From the NCBI GenBank assembly GCA_037969255.1, contig JBBKXB010000021.1:1-41318 (forward strand): 41,318 nt of DNA. The letters run 5' to 3'. Numbering within the stretch: position 1 is the stretch's first letter; each line of letters opens with the position of its first letter. The translations under genes and the position numbers were made by a program. This document shows, piece by piece, positions 27,879 to 38,412 of the stretch. The notes under the pieces were generated by a model. The model was given only the letters and a program-made list of their open reading frames with translations, had not been told where the DNA came from and made no database searches. This DNA is from Bdellovibrionales bacterium. Lineage in GTDB: Bacteria; Pseudomonadota; Alphaproteobacteria; Micavibrionales; JBBKXB01.

Positions 27879-28760
27879 GTGGTTGGCAATCAACAAAAAA
27901 AAGGTTTAGGTCGCGGTCTATCCGCCTTGTTCGGTGACGATGAACCAATTGGTACAGATTTATCTTTATCAGCGTCTCGTAAGTTTAAAACGGTGCCTGT
28001 CTCTAAATTAAAGCCATGTCCGTTCCAGCCACGCCGTAATTTTGATAGTAAATCCATTGACGATTTAGCAACAAGTATGAACACACACGGCGTTCTACAG
28101 CCATTATTAGTGCGTTCCACAGATATTGAAGGCGAATACGAGATTGTGGCAGGTGAACGCAGATGGCGCGCCGCGCAAAAAGCCAAGATACATGAATTAC
28201 CCGTGGTGATCCGTGATCTAACCACTGAAAATGTCTTGCAAATTGGTCTCGTTGAAAATCTACAACGTGAAGATTTAACGCCATTAGAAGAGGCCGAAAC
28301 ATATAAGCGGTTAATTGAGGAATTTGGTTACACTCAAGATGGTTTGGCAACGGTTATTGGTAAATCACGCCCTCATATTGCCAATATGATGCGTTTATTA
28401 TCCTTGCCAAAAGACGTACAGACGCTTGTGAATAATAATTCATTGTCGGCGGGACACGCACGTACGCTGATAGGCAATGATCGAGCGTACGAACTCGCAC
28501 AAAGAGCTATTAAAGAAAAATTAAGCGTACGTGAATTGGAGCGCTTGACGCAGATCAAACAGGTACAATCTAAATCAAGTAGCGCGAAATCTAATAAAAG
28601 CTCTAAAGGCCCTAATATTAAGGATTTAGAACAGAAAGTATCACGTCATTTGGGTAGCAATTTTACTGTGAATCCGAATAAAAAAGGCGGCGGTAAAATT
28701 GTGATCGATTATACCGATATGGCACAGTTCGATATGATTTTTGAAAAATTAATTAAATAA
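27879..28760 (+). CDS. parB: Chromosome partitioning protein ParB
   Basis: GLGRGLSAL, QPRRNF, IVAGERRWRAA, ENLQREDL, HTH. Confidence 0.97.
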   Translation: MVGNQQKKGLGRGLSALFGDDEPIGTDLSLSASRKFKTVPVSKLKPCPFQPRRNFDSKSIDDLATSMNTHGVLQPLLVRSTDIEGEYEIVAGERRWRAAQKAKIHELPVVIRDLTTENVLQIGLVENLQREDLTPLEEAETYKRLIEEFGYTQDGLATVIGKSRPHIANMMRLLSLPKDVQTLVNNNSLSAGHARTLIGNDRAYELAQRAIKEKLSVRELERLTQIKQVQSKSSSAKSNKSSKGPNIKDLEQKVSRHLGSNFTVNPNKKGGGKIVIDYTDMAQFDMIFEKLIK

Positions 28761-29801
28761 TTAAGCCGTACGTCTATGCATTTTAGGCGACATGTTTTCA
28801 ATAAGCCATTGTCCAAAAATATCAGATGTTAAATCAGTGCCGTACGTTTTTAAATCGGTTTCAAGATCAATCATATCCGATTGCAAGCTTTGAATGGCGT
28901 GCAAATCCCATTGCATAAGCTGGTTACGGAATTGACGCTCAAGCTTAAAGAATATAGGGGGTTGCAAGGATTTGATCGCTTGATCCATGCCTATGCCATT
29001 ATTGACATTAAGCTGTACGCGTTCAAGTTTTCGTGCGTGGTTTTGAAGGCTGCGTAAGATCAACATGAACGGCACATTTTCAGTTAAAAGCACATCTAAC
29101 GCACGGAACAGCACTGACCAATTTCCATCAAACGATGCGTACACCACGTCGTCAATATTTTGACCTGCTAAATCAGGGACTGCGACACGTACGTCATCAA
29201 ATGTGATGAGTTTTTGTGTAGCACCTGCGTATGTAATCAGTTTTTCCAATTGGCGGCGCGCCAACATGCGATCGCCCACAAGGTTTTTGGCCAAATACAT
29301 GAGTGCGTCTCGATCACAGCCATAACCAGATTCACGCAAATAAGTGCCGATAAATTGTGAGATTTGCTGTTCATCTTCGACATAGCAAGGCAGTGCCACG
29401 GATTGTTTGTCTTTTTCAGCCAGTACGCGTAAATGCGATTTGGGCGCGAGATTGCCCGTGGTCACAATGATTTTAACATCGGTATTATTGAGCGCTAAGG
29501 CTTCTTTTAGTGTTGGCGTTAAGTTATCGCCCGCACCCGATATTTTAACAACGCGTTGTGCAGGTCCAAGCAGTGACATGGCCGAAAGCTCGTTGAGCAA
29601 AAGCGATTCATCGTCCACAATATCCGATGCTGAGAGGGAAGTAATGGCCATAGGATCAGTCGCATCATCTATAAGTTTTGGGATGAGATCGGCGGCGCGT
29701 TCTTGAACAAGTCCGTTTTCAGGGCCGTAGACGAGGATGAAAGATAGCGCGCGGTCTGGTTTGGCGAGGAAAGGCGCAATATCTCGGAATCCTAGTTTCA
29801 T
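28761..29801 (-). CDS. holA: DNA polymerase III subunit delta
   Basis: LVYGPENGLV, ALPCY, QLEKLITY, PPIFFK; leuS-lptE-holA synteny. Confidence 0.93.
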   Translation of the reverse strand: MKLGFRDIAPFLAKPDRALSFILVYGPENGLVQERAADLIPKLIDDATDPMAITSLSASDIVDDESLLLNELSAMSLLGPAQRVVKISGAGDNLTPTLKEALALNNTDVKIIVTTGNLAPKSHLRVLAEKDKQSVALPCYVEDEQQISQFIGTYLRESGYGCDRDALMYLAKNLVGDRMLARRQLEKLITYAGATQKLITFDDVRVAVPDLAGQNIDDVVYASFDGNWSVLFRALDVLLTENVPFMLILRSLQNHARKLERVQLNVNNGIGMDQAIKSLQPPIFFKLERQFRNQLMQWDLHAIQSLQSDMIDLETDLKTYGTDLTSDIFGQWLIENMSPKMHRRTA

Positions 29802-30280
29802 GGGCGCGATTTGATGGCCAAGAGGCTATGTGTTTCAATTTGGCGCGCAAGATCATTAATGGCCAAACTGAGCGCATTATCACGCGATACGTTCGTGCCA
29901 TATTGCGAGAGAAGTACGTTATAAGACGTACGGGCAACAATTTGGCGATCCAATACGGTTTTATCATCTTCATAAAGGCGCAAAGAGCCTAATACAGTCA
30001 ATTGGCGACGTGTGGATGTGTTGTCAGGGGCGATACCAAGATCAACCTCTGTTACGCGTAGATTTTCGACTTTGAGATCAAGTGCGCCCGATTGGGATGA
30101 TGTCCCAAACCCTCGATCGAGTAGATTATTGCGCAAGAGCTGACCTGTACGTTCTGGGATAGGACGTACGGTGATTTGTGAAAGTTCGGTAGATACATTC
30201 TTGGTGCTGTAAACGGGCGAAAATCCGCACGCGCTTAGGGTCAAGATTAGTAAAGGTAGGAGGAGTAATTTAAGCTGCAT
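29798..30280 (-). CDS. lptE: LPS assembly lipoprotein LptE
   Basis: Lipobox [10 protein letters not shown]; located between leuS and holA. Confidence 0.88.
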   Translation of the reverse strand: MQLKLLLLPLLILTLSACGFSPVYSTKNVSTELSQITVRPIPERTGQLLRNNLLDRGFGTSSQSGALDLKVENLRVTEVDLGIAPDNTSTRRQLTVLGSLRLYEDDKTVLDRQIVARTSYNVLLSQYGTNVSRDNALSLAINDLARQIETHSLLAIKSRP

Positions 30281-32822
30281 CGGACACCACTATGTTCACA
30301 ATTTTCCCAGGGATAGCGATGATTTTACGCACCGTTTTTCCGTTCAAATATTTGGCGATATGATCGTCATTCATCGCCTCTTTTTCAAGAGTATCTTTGT
30401 CAATATCGGTGGGAACAGTGATTGTACCGCGCACTTTGCCGTTTATTTGTACGCCAATTGTGACGTTTTCATCAATCAAATATGCCTCATTAAATGTTGG
30501 CCAATCGGAGAGATAAAGGGGTGTTTTATGACCGAGATTCTCCCACAATTCTTCGCATAAATGGGGAACAATAGGAGAGAGTAATTGCACAATGGTTTGG
30601 AGCGCGTACGTGTATGCGTCATCATCCATGCCGACTTGTTCAGCCATGTTATAAAGCTCGCGGATACGCGCCACAGATTTATTATAATGGAAGTTTTCAA
30701 TATCGTCCGATATGCCGGATATGGTTTGATGGGCTTTACGTGCCAGCTCATTATCCACATCATTATCCACAGGTTTATCAACGATATCTTGCACAGAGCG
30801 ATATAATTTATTGATAAAGCGCCACGCGCCATCAAGGCCCGCTTCTGACCATTCCAGATCACGATCTGGCGGGCTGTCGGATAGAATGAACAAACGGGCG
30901 GCATCTGCGCCATAGCTTTCAAATATATCGGTGGGATCAATCACATTTTTCTTGGATTTGGACATTTTAATGACCGCGCCCGCTGTGACCTTGAGATTTG
31001 ATCCTTTTTCACTTAACGATCCGTCATCGTTTTTGATGATGTCGGAGGGAAACACCCATTTATCATCCGCGTTTTTATAGGCGCGGTGATTGACCATGCC
31101 TTGCGTGTAGAGACCCTTAAACGGTTCTTTTATGTCCAAATACCCACAATGTTTCATAGCGCGGGTGAAGAAACGTGCGTAAAGAAGATGCATCACCGCA
31201 TGCTCGACACCGCCAATATATTGATCCACGGGTAGCCATTTATTGGCCTTAGACGCTTCAAACGGTTTGTTTTCATTGCGCGGATCGGTATAGCGTGCGA
31301 AATACCACGAGCTTTCAAAAAACGTGTCAAATGTATCCGTTTCGCGGATCGCAGGCTCGCCCGTTTCGGGGCATGTCGTATGTTTCCATGTTGGATGATT
31401 ATCAAGTGGATTGCCGTGCTGGGAAAAATCCACATCATCGGGCAAAGTAATTGGCAATTGATCTTTTGACACGGGGACACAAGCCCCATCAGATGTGCGA
31501 TACACCACAGGGATCGGGCAACCCCAATAACGTTGGCGTGACACGCCCCAATCGCGCAGGCGATAATTGGTTTGACCTTCGCCAATGCCCATTTTTTCCA
31601 TGCAAGCGATGATCTTTGTAATGGCTTCATCAGATGTGAGGCCATCCCATTCGTCAGAATTAACAAGCGTGCCTTTGCTGGTGAACGGTTTGCCGTCTTC
31701 AAAGCCAGCGCCCGTGATAACGGGGCGAATTGGCAGGCCGTATTTGGTGGCGAAATCAAAATCACGTTCATCGTGGGCAGGCGCGGATTTCACAGCGCCC
31801 GTTCCGTATGTGTAGATCACGAAATTACCGATATAAACGGGCATGTCCTCGTTCGTGAAAGGGTGGCGCACAGTGTAAGGCGTTTTAAAACCTTTCTTTT
31901 CGGCGCGTTCAATCGCCTCTTCACTTGTGCCCATTGTGCTACATTCTTCTAAGAAAGCTTCGGCATCTTTATCCGTTTCGGCAAGTTTCAAAGAAAGAGG
32001 ATGTTCAGGGGCAAGTACGGCAAAGCTCGTGCCCATGATGGTATCAATGCGTGTTGTGTAAACGGGTAGTTTTTCATCGCTTGCAAGATCAGGCCCAGAG
32101 ATATCAAAGCTAAAGGTTATGCCCTCAGATTTGCCAATCCAATGTTTTTGCATGGTTTTTACGCGTTCTGGCCAATCGGGCATGTTATCCAGTTCTGATA
32201 ATAACTCGTCGGCAAATTGCGTGGTTTTTAAAAACCATTGTTTTAAGTTTTTACGCTCGACAGCCGCGCCAGAGCGCCAACCTTTGCCATCAACCACTTG
32301 TTCGTTGGCCAATACTGTGTTTTCAACAGGATCCCAATTCACCGTGGATTCTTTTTGGTAGGCGAGGCCGTTTTTAAGAAAATCAAGGAACATGGCTTGT
32401 TCGTGTTTAAAATAGTCAGGGTGACAGGTGGCAATTTCTCTGTCCCAATCAAGAGATAGACCCATAAGTTTCAATTGACCGCGCATCACGGCGATGTTTT
32501 CATACGTCCATGTGGCGGGCTGTGCACCTCGTTCGATGGCGGCATTTTCGGCAGGCAAACCAAACGCATCCCAGCCCATTGGATGGAGCACATTATAGCC
32601 TTTTGCGCGTTTATAGCGCGCCACAACGTCGCCAAGTGTGTAATTGCGGACATGCCCAACATGGATTGCGCCCGACGGATAGGGAAACATTTCGAGCACA
32701 TAAAAAGGCTCTTTATCGGAGTCATCATCCGTTTTAAAAGCGTTGTTATCATTCCAAATTTTTTGCCATTTGGATTCGGTGGCGCGGATGTTGTAGCGAT
32801 CATTATCGGATGTGTCAGACAT
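30270..32822 (-). CDS. leuS: Leucine--tRNA ligase
   Basis: [42 protein letters not shown]. Confidence 0.99.
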   Translation of the reverse strand: MSDTSDNDRYNIRATESKWQKIWNDNNAFKTDDDSDKEPFYVLEMFPYPSGAIHVGHVRNYTLGDVVARYKRAKGYNVLHPMGWDAFGLPAENAAIERGAQPATWTYENIAVMRGQLKLMGLSLDWDREIATCHPDYFKHEQAMFLDFLKNGLAYQKESTVNWDPVENTVLANEQVVDGKGWRSGAAVERKNLKQWFLKTTQFADELLSELDNMPDWPERVKTMQKHWIGKSEGITFSFDISGPDLASDEKLPVYTTRIDTIMGTSFAVLAPEHPLSLKLAETDKDAEAFLEECSTMGTSEEAIERAEKKGFKTPYTVRHPFTNEDMPVYIGNFVIYTYGTGAVKSAPAHDERDFDFATKYGLPIRPVITGAGFEDGKPFTSKGTLVNSDEWDGLTSDEAITKIIACMEKMGIGEGQTNYRLRDWGVSRQRYWGCPIPVVYRTSDGACVPVSKDQLPITLPDDVDFSQHGNPLDNHPTWKHTTCPETGEPAIRETDTFDTFFESSWYFARYTDPRNENKPFEASKANKWLPVDQYIGGVEHAVMHLLYARFFTRAMKHCGYLDIKEPFKGLYTQGMVNHRAYKNADDKWVFPSDIIKNDDGSLSEKGSNLKVTAGAVIKMSKSKKNVIDPTDIFESYGADAARLFILSDSPPDRDLEWSEAGLDGAWRFINKLYRSVQDIVDKPVDNDVDNELARKAHQTISGISDDIENFHYNKSVARIRELYNMAEQVGMDDDAYTYALQTIVQLLSPIVPHLCEELWENLGHKTPLYLSDWPTFNEAYLIDENVTIGVQINGKVRGTITVPTDIDKDTLEKEAMNDDHIAKYLNGKTVRKIIAIPGKIVNIVVSDAA
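30751..30783 (+). promoter_or_regulatory. Tandem DnaA boxes inside leuS
   Basis: TTATCCACA 30751, TTATCCACA 30763 and TTATCAACG 30775, at a 12-bp period. Confidence 0.55.
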
Positions 32823-32871
32823 AACCCTACACTAGCGTTAGTGGCAACAAATCCGCAACCGATTTTTTTGG

Positions 32872-33687
32872 TTAAGCGTGCTCATTATCTTTAAGAAAAT
32901 CTAAATCTTCTCGCGTGATTTTCTTGCGCATACGTGGTTTATCACTACCCGAATTCGTTTTGCGCAACATTGGCTTTTTATAAACAGTGTTAGGTTTTCT
33001 GGGCTCAACACCTTCAGGCATTTCGGCCACATCTGTTTTGGCGGTATATTCTTGCGCATCATCTTGTGCCACAACACTTTGTAAATCATCAGGATGAATA
33101 GGTTCGCCTATTTGTTCTTCGGCGCCAATATCATAGTCTTTGAGAATGTGAAGAATTTTAACAAATCTATAAGGGTCTCTTAAAATGGGAAGATCGTAAT
33201 CATCCACAAGTCGCGCATCTAGGTGGATTTGTCCATAGCTGAACATGCGTCCCAACACGAGTTGGTTAACGTTGGCGGCTTCAACTTCATCCAGTTCAAT
33301 TTCGTGCACTCTAACCATCACAAGGCCTTTTTTAACGACCATGCGGTGGCTGGTGAGCAGTACTTTAGTACAAATATAATGAATGGTGTCTTTGATAACC
33401 CACAACAAACCAAAGCCAATCATCAGCCATGGAATAAAGCGCACCACATCATAAAACCAATATACCAATTCATTCGTGGCCTCGCCAGCAACAGCGCCAA
33501 TGCCAGAGCCAGCTTGGTCAACGGGACGAACAAATAATCCGCCTTCGTTCATATAATCAATCATTGAAAAGGCGGCAAAGGCCAAAACAAGGCAAAAGAA
33601 GAGGGAATTGACCATGGTGATCCAGTGGACGCCGCCAAAATAATAGACGCGTTCATGGGGGCCGAGCATTTTTTTATAATTATACAT
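32872..33687 (-). CDS. Bacterial PH-domain (bPH_2) membrane protein
   Basis: Two TMs, then LTSHRMVVKKGLV...EIELDEVE...Q.VLGRMFSYGQI. Confidence 0.8.
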   Translation of the reverse strand: MYNYKKMLGPHERVYYFGGVHWITMVNSLFFCLVLAFAAFSMIDYMNEGGLFVRPVDQAGSGIGAVAGEATNELVYWFYDVVRFIPWLMIGFGLLWVIKDTIHYICTKVLLTSHRMVVKKGLVMVRVHEIELDEVEAANVNQLVLGRMFSYGQIHLDARLVDDYDLPILRDPYRFVKILHILKDYDIGAEEQIGEPIHPDDLQSVVAQDDAQEYTAKTDVAEMPEGVEPRKPNTVYKKPMLRKTNSGSDKPRMRKKITREDLDFLKDNEHA

Positions 33688-33780
33688 GTGTGAGGTAAAC
33701 CTTTGGGTGATTGAATTAGTTCCTTTTTATACATGAATGGACATTGCAATCATAGATGAATATAGACACTATACTGTTCC

Positions 33781-35682
33781 ATGGAAAAAATGTTGCTCGC
33801 TCAAATCATTATTTTATCAGTTGCGGCCATTATGTCGCAATGGGTGGCGTGGCGTTTACGTTTACCAGCGATTATATTTCTTTTAGGGCTTGGTTTTTTG
33901 CTAGGGCCTATCACAGGCATTATGAAGCCAGAGATATTATTTGGTGAGGCGTTGCATCCTTTCGTATCGGCGGCAGTGGCCATCATTCTATTTGAAGGCT
34001 CATTACAATTAAATTTGCGCGAACTCCGCGCGGCGCGGCGCAGGGTGAGACAAATCATTATTGTGGGTGCCCCTTTGGGGTGGGCGGCGATATCGGCGGG
34101 TGCTTATTATATAGCAGGGCTTAGCTGGCCAGTCGCGGTCACATTGGGCGGTATGCTCATCGTGACAGGGCCAACGGTTGTGATGCCAATGCTTCGTCAT
34201 GCACGGCTTAAAGAAAACGTTGGCTCAACGCTCACGTGGGAATCGATTGTGAACGATGCGGTGGGCGTGATGTTTGCGGTGCTCGCGTTCGAATATTTCT
34301 CGTCTCATACATTTGGATCGGGCAGCACCAGCTTTATCATTGAACATGGGTTAATCATTTTGGGTATTATCGGTATTTCATTCGCATGCGCATACATGAT
34401 CACCTATTTATTTGAACATGGTTTGGTACCAGAATATCTCAAAGCGCCGTTCTTATTAACATTCGTCCTCGTGCTGTTTTATTTGTGCAACACATTATTA
34501 TATGAAAGCGGTTTAATCGCCGTGACCGTACTCGGCGTGACGCTCACCAATGTGTACGAGCATTCCATCGAAGAATTAAAACGATTTAAAGAAACGATCA
34601 CATTATTATTGGTCTCTGGCGTGTTCTTATTGCTCACGGCTGATCTTGATCTACACGCGATGCTCGCGATGGATTGGCGCGCCTTGGTATTTGTGGTCGC
34701 ATTGTTGCTCATTATCCGTCCGTTGGTTGTGGCGGTATGCTCCATTGGCACGAAAGCCACATGGAAAGAAATATTATTCATGGGCTGGATTGCCCCGCGC
34801 GGTGTTGTGCTCGCCGTTTTGGCAGGTGTCTTGGGCCCGCAACTTGTGGGCGCTGGGTTTGAGGATGGTAATAAAGTATTGCCCATCGCGATCACGGTTG
34901 TGATTGTCTCCGTGATTGTCGGCAGTGTGCTCATTGACCGTTTGGCCGCCAAATTTGGCTTGGCACATGAGGCAGGGCGCGGATTGGTTATTGCAGGTGC
35001 CCATCCTTGGTCGTTGCAATTAACGGAATTATTACATTCTAAGCATATCCCCGTGTTACTCGTGGACAATAGCTATGTGGCTTTGAAGCCTGCTCGCCTA
35101 AGCGATGTGCCCTCTTATTATGGGGATATTTTATCGGATGAGGCCGAACACGAAATACAATTCCATCAATATCACGCGGTGCTAAATGCCACATACTCGC
35201 AAGCCTATAATGCGTTTGCCACAGATACATTGGGACGTGAACTTGGGCGCGAACGCGTGTTCCGCGTAGGGCTTGAGCGCGCCGAAAAATCATCACGCAC
35301 CAAATTTTCAAAAGCATTGGCGGGCAATCGCTGGGGGTCATCCGATTTGACCATTGAGAAATTGGAACAGTTATTTGAGGCTGGCTGGCGTTTCAAAACG
35401 CGTAAATTGTCATTCCACGAAGGCTCAACCGATAGCCTTGATATCCCACAAGAAAACGACGCACGTATGATTTTGGGTGTGCTCGCTAAAGGTGAGAGTG
35501 TTGAGTTGTATAGCGCGGATCACGTGTCACGCAAAATCACACTCCGCTCAGAGGACTCGCTCATTATCTTTGAAAAACGGGATGAGCTGGCCGAAGCCAA
35601 AAAAATTCAAGGCAAAAAAGCCGATTCCGAGGCCCGCGCCGAGGAAGTGACCGAGGCTAAGAAAGACAAGACTAAAGCTTAA
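33781..35682 (+). CDS. CPA1-family cation:proton antiporter with C-terminal RCK/TrkA-N-like domain
   Basis: AVAIILFEGSL, VTGPTVV, ESIVND, WIAPRGVV; soluble C-terminal domain with YYGDIL. Confidence 0.9.
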   Translation: MEKMLLAQIIILSVAAIMSQWVAWRLRLPAIIFLLGLGFLLGPITGIMKPEILFGEALHPFVSAAVAIILFEGSLQLNLRELRAARRRVRQIIIVGAPLGWAAISAGAYYIAGLSWPVAVTLGGMLIVTGPTVVMPMLRHARLKENVGSTLTWESIVNDAVGVMFAVLAFEYFSSHTFGSGSTSFIIEHGLIILGIIGISFACAYMITYLFEHGLVPEYLKAPFLLTFVLVLFYLCNTLLYESGLIAVTVLGVTLTNVYEHSIEELKRFKETITLLLVSGVFLLLTADLDLHAMLAMDWRALVFVVALLLIIRPLVVAVCSIGTKATWKEILFMGWIAPRGVVLAVLAGVLGPQLVGAGFEDGNKVLPIAITVVIVSVIVGSVLIDRLAAKFGLAHEAGRGLVIAGAHPWSLQLTELLHSKHIPVLLVDNSYVALKPARLSDVPSYYGDILSDEAEHEIQFHQYHAVLNATYSQAYNAFATDTLGRELGRERVFRVGLERAEKSSRTKFSKALAGNRWGSSDLTIEKLEQLFEAGWRFKTRKLSFHEGSTDSLDIPQENDARMILGVLAKGESVELYSADHVSRKITLRSEDSLIIFEKRDELAEAKKIQGKKADSEARAEEVTEAKKDKTKA

Positions 35683-35686
35683 GAGC

Positions 35687-36229
35687 TTATTTCTTATTAC
35701 GTTGAAGAGTGGCCACACGCAATTCACGGGCGCGTGTTAAGATCGCATCCTCTAATTGACGGTTGGCGGCCTCGTCGCTTGGTGCATCCACCCAGTTTGA
35801 TCCTGATTTCGTTTGACGGAACAAGCGCGCACGCACGTTATCGGCGCGCAGTTCACGACCCAATATATAAGCATTCACTTTAAAGCGTTCATTTGGCGCA
35901 CCCGCATTGGAATACCAATCCGTAATAATCGTGCCACCAAAAGGATCAGCCGTGGTGATCGGCATAAAGTTAATCGCATCAAGAGACGCACGCCATAACA
36001 AGGCGTTCACGCCAATGCCTGCGCCGCCTTGGTCATCATTTTTATCTTTGTTAGAAAACAGCTCTAATCCACCTTCGCCAAAAATACTTTGGGATTTATT
36101 ATAAATGTTGTTGCTGCCACCCGTGGAAGCGCGGTCAGCGCCCGTAGGGTATTTGGCTTCGCTATTGGCACCGCAGGCGCTGATAAGAAGTATGGATGAT
36201 AAGGCTACAAAAGAATAAAATGTTTTCAT
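35687..36229 (-). CDS. DUF3576-like lipoprotein
   Basis: Lipobox ISAC; GVNALLWRASLD..FMP...DPFGG.IITDWY; adjacent to leuS and the porin as in other alphaproteobacteria. Confidence 0.85.
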   Translation of the reverse strand: MKTFYSFVALSSILLISACGANSEAKYPTGADRASTGGSNNIYNKSQSIFGEGGLELFSNKDKNDDQGGAGIGVNALLWRASLDAINFMPITTADPFGGTIITDWYSNAGAPNERFKVNAYILGRELRADNVRARLFRQTKSGSNWVDAPSDEAANRQLEDAILTRARELRVATLQRNKK

Positions 36230-36424
36230 GAAAGTGATAATAGGGCGGGTTTATTATAAAGTCATCATTAAATCTGCGGATTTATTCACAAAGTGTGGAT
36301 ACGAATCACGGTGGTTTTGAAAACCTCTTAGCGCACTTATGAAATGAGCAAGAATACTGTATTGGCATCGCGATGGTGTGGGTGTATACTTCCAACAGCA
36401 ATGAAATCAAAGGTCTTAGCCATT

Positions 36425-36440
36425 GTTGCAAAAATGCAAC
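36425..36440. promoter_or_regulatory. Palindromic operator upstream of the porin
   Basis: GTTGCA-AAAA-TGCAAC. Confidence 0.55.
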
Positions 36441-36548
36441 GCGTGTGATTTTTTTGCATCATTCCCCTAGAAATCGATCAGAACTTGCCTGATAATGAAT
36501 GTATTCGGATTTGTTCGGATGTAAATTAATCTTTCGTGGAGGAAAAAC

Positions 36549-37694
36549 ATGAAAAAAATCTTACTTTGCGGTGTTGCTGCCCTTGCTGTAGCTGCTGCTT
36601 CTCCTGCCAAAGCCGAAGGCATTGACCTTGGCCTAGGTGGTTACTTTATCGGTTACGGTGTTTACACTGACTCTGATAACGACGATAACCTACGCTCTTT
36701 CGATTTCCGTAAGGAAACTGAAATTCACGTGAATGGTGAAACAACTCTAGACAACGGTCTTACAGTTGGTGCGCACATTGAATTAGACGTTGATAAATCA
36801 GACGACCTTACTGGTGGTACGAATTCAACAATCATCGAAGAATCATATATGTATCTTTCTGGTGGTTGGGGTCGCGTAAACTTTGGTCAAGAAGACGGTG
36901 CGTCTTACTTGTTACAAGTTGCTGCTCCTTCAGCTGATGATAACATCGACGGTCTTCGTCCTGATATCAACACGTTTGATCTTGCAAACATCCTTAACGG
37001 TACACCTTCAGTAGGTTCTAGCGTTCTTGATTATGCTTCTGATCCAACAGCGTATAGCAACAAGTTGACTTATATCACACCATTGTTCAACGGTTTCCAA
37101 ATGGCTGCCTCTTTCACACCTTCTGTGAGCGATTCACCAATTGATTCTGAAGCTGCTCGCGTAGCTGACAACAATGCTGGTCAATTTGATACAGCCTATG
37201 AAGTTGCTGGTCGTTACCAAGCTATCTTCTCTGGTGCTGACGTAACATTCGGTGCTGGTTATGCTTCACTTCAAACAGAAGCTGATGCTGCCACAACACT
37301 TATTGGTTCAGATGACCAAGACGTGTTTAACGTTGGTGCACGCGTAGGCTTTGACGCTTTTGGCGTTGGTGTTTCTTATGTTGACGACAATAACGGCGTT
37401 GACACAAACGGCGACACAGACATCCTTGTTGTTGGTACAGACTATGTAACAGGCCCGTTCAAATTCGGTCTTTCTTACTATGACCGTACAGACGAAGCAA
37501 ATGCTGCTGGTACTACTTTAGGTACAACAGGTAGCGTAGGCGACGTTGATACAACTCGCTGGACAGCTGGTGTTGGTTACCAATACGGCCCAGGTATGAG
37601 CTTAAACGGTTCTGTTGCTTATGTTGACATCGAAGATGATGCAACATCAGGTGATGGTTTCCAAGTTGGCTTGGGTACACGCGTAGACTTCTAA
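36549..37694 (+). CDS. Major outer-membrane porin (alphaproteobacterial type)
   Basis: Signal peptide, GETTLDNGLTVGAHIEL, terminal Phe, GGAGG RBS, codon bias typical of high expression. Confidence 0.93.
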   Translation: MKKILLCGVAALAVAAASPAKAEGIDLGLGGYFIGYGVYTDSDNDDNLRSFDFRKETEIHVNGETTLDNGLTVGAHIELDVDKSDDLTGGTNSTIIEESYMYLSGGWGRVNFGQEDGASYLLQVAAPSADDNIDGLRPDINTFDLANILNGTPSVGSSVLDYASDPTAYSNKLTYITPLFNGFQMAASFTPSVSDSPIDSEAARVADNNAGQFDTAYEVAGRYQAIFSGADVTFGAGYASLQTEADAATTLIGSDDQDVFNVGARVGFDAFGVGVSYVDDNNGVDTNGDTDILVVGTDYVTGPFKFGLSYYDRTDEANAAGTTLGTTGSVGDVDTTRWTAGVGYQYGPGMSLNGSVAYVDIEDDATSGDGFQVGLGTRVDF

Positions 37695-37720
37695 TTTAAA
37701 AAGTTTACCTTAAAGTTTTT

Positions 37721-37750
37721 AAAAAGAGCGGGTTTTCCTGCTCTTTTTTA
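37721..37750 (+). terminator. Intrinsic terminator after the porin
   Basis: AAAAAGAGCGGG-TTTT-CCTGCTCTTTTTT hairpin with U-tract. Confidence 0.85.
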
Positions 37751-37767
37751 TTGTCTAAAGTTCAGTG

Positions 37768-38391
37768 ATGAAGCAACGCTTAAAAGACATCAGAACTCGT
37801 ATTGAACAAGCGTGCACATTTGCGGGTCGTGATCCATCAAGCGTTACACTCATCGCTGTTACTAAGAACCGCGATGTTGATGTTATCAAAAAACTTATTG
37901 ATCATGGCGTCACCCATTTTGGTGAAAACCGTGTGCAAGAGGCGCTTGATAAATGGCCTGATCTCAAAACGGATGCATTAAACCTCCATATAATAGGCCC
38001 CTTACAATCCAACAAAGTGAAACAGGCCGCCACACTTTTTGATGCGCTTCATTCGCTTGATCGACCCTCATTATTAAAAGCTATGATTAATGAAAACTGG
38101 ACACCACAATGCTTTGTGCAAGTCAACACAGGCGCCGAAGACCAAAAAGGCGGCGTATTACCAAACGATTTGGATGCGTTTTTAAGCGATATTCCCTTTG
38201 ATGTAGCGGGATTAATGTCCATTCCCCCCAAAGATGAGCCAGCCTCGCTCCATTTCGCGCTCTTAAACAATCTCGTTAAGGCTAATCAGCTGACCGCCTT
38301 ATCGATGGGGATGAGCGAGGATTTTGAGGCGGCGATTAAATGCGGGGCCACGCATATCCGCCTTGGTCGTATTTTATTTGATGATCTGTAG
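37768..38391 (+). CDS. yggS: PLP homeostasis protein YggS
   Basis: LIAVTK, FGENRVQEA, IGPLQSNK, LSMGMSEDF..AI..GATHIRLG. Confidence 0.96.
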   Translation: MKQRLKDIRTRIEQACTFAGRDPSSVTLIAVTKNRDVDVIKKLIDHGVTHFGENRVQEALDKWPDLKTDALNLHIIGPLQSNKVKQAATLFDALHSLDRPSLLKAMINENWTPQCFVQVNTGAEDQKGGVLPNDLDAFLSDIPFDVAGLMSIPPKDEPASLHFALLNNLVKANQLTALSMGMSEDFEAAIKCGATHIRLGRILFDDL

Positions 38392-38412
38392 ATTTGAGCT
38401 AGTGTTATAGCC

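Noticed and set aside
15933-28761. Stop-to-stop abutment of the small genes as a specific insertion signature
   Set aside because: Core convergent pairs (parB/holA, dnaQ/FadN-like) abut in the same way, so it reflects general genome compaction.
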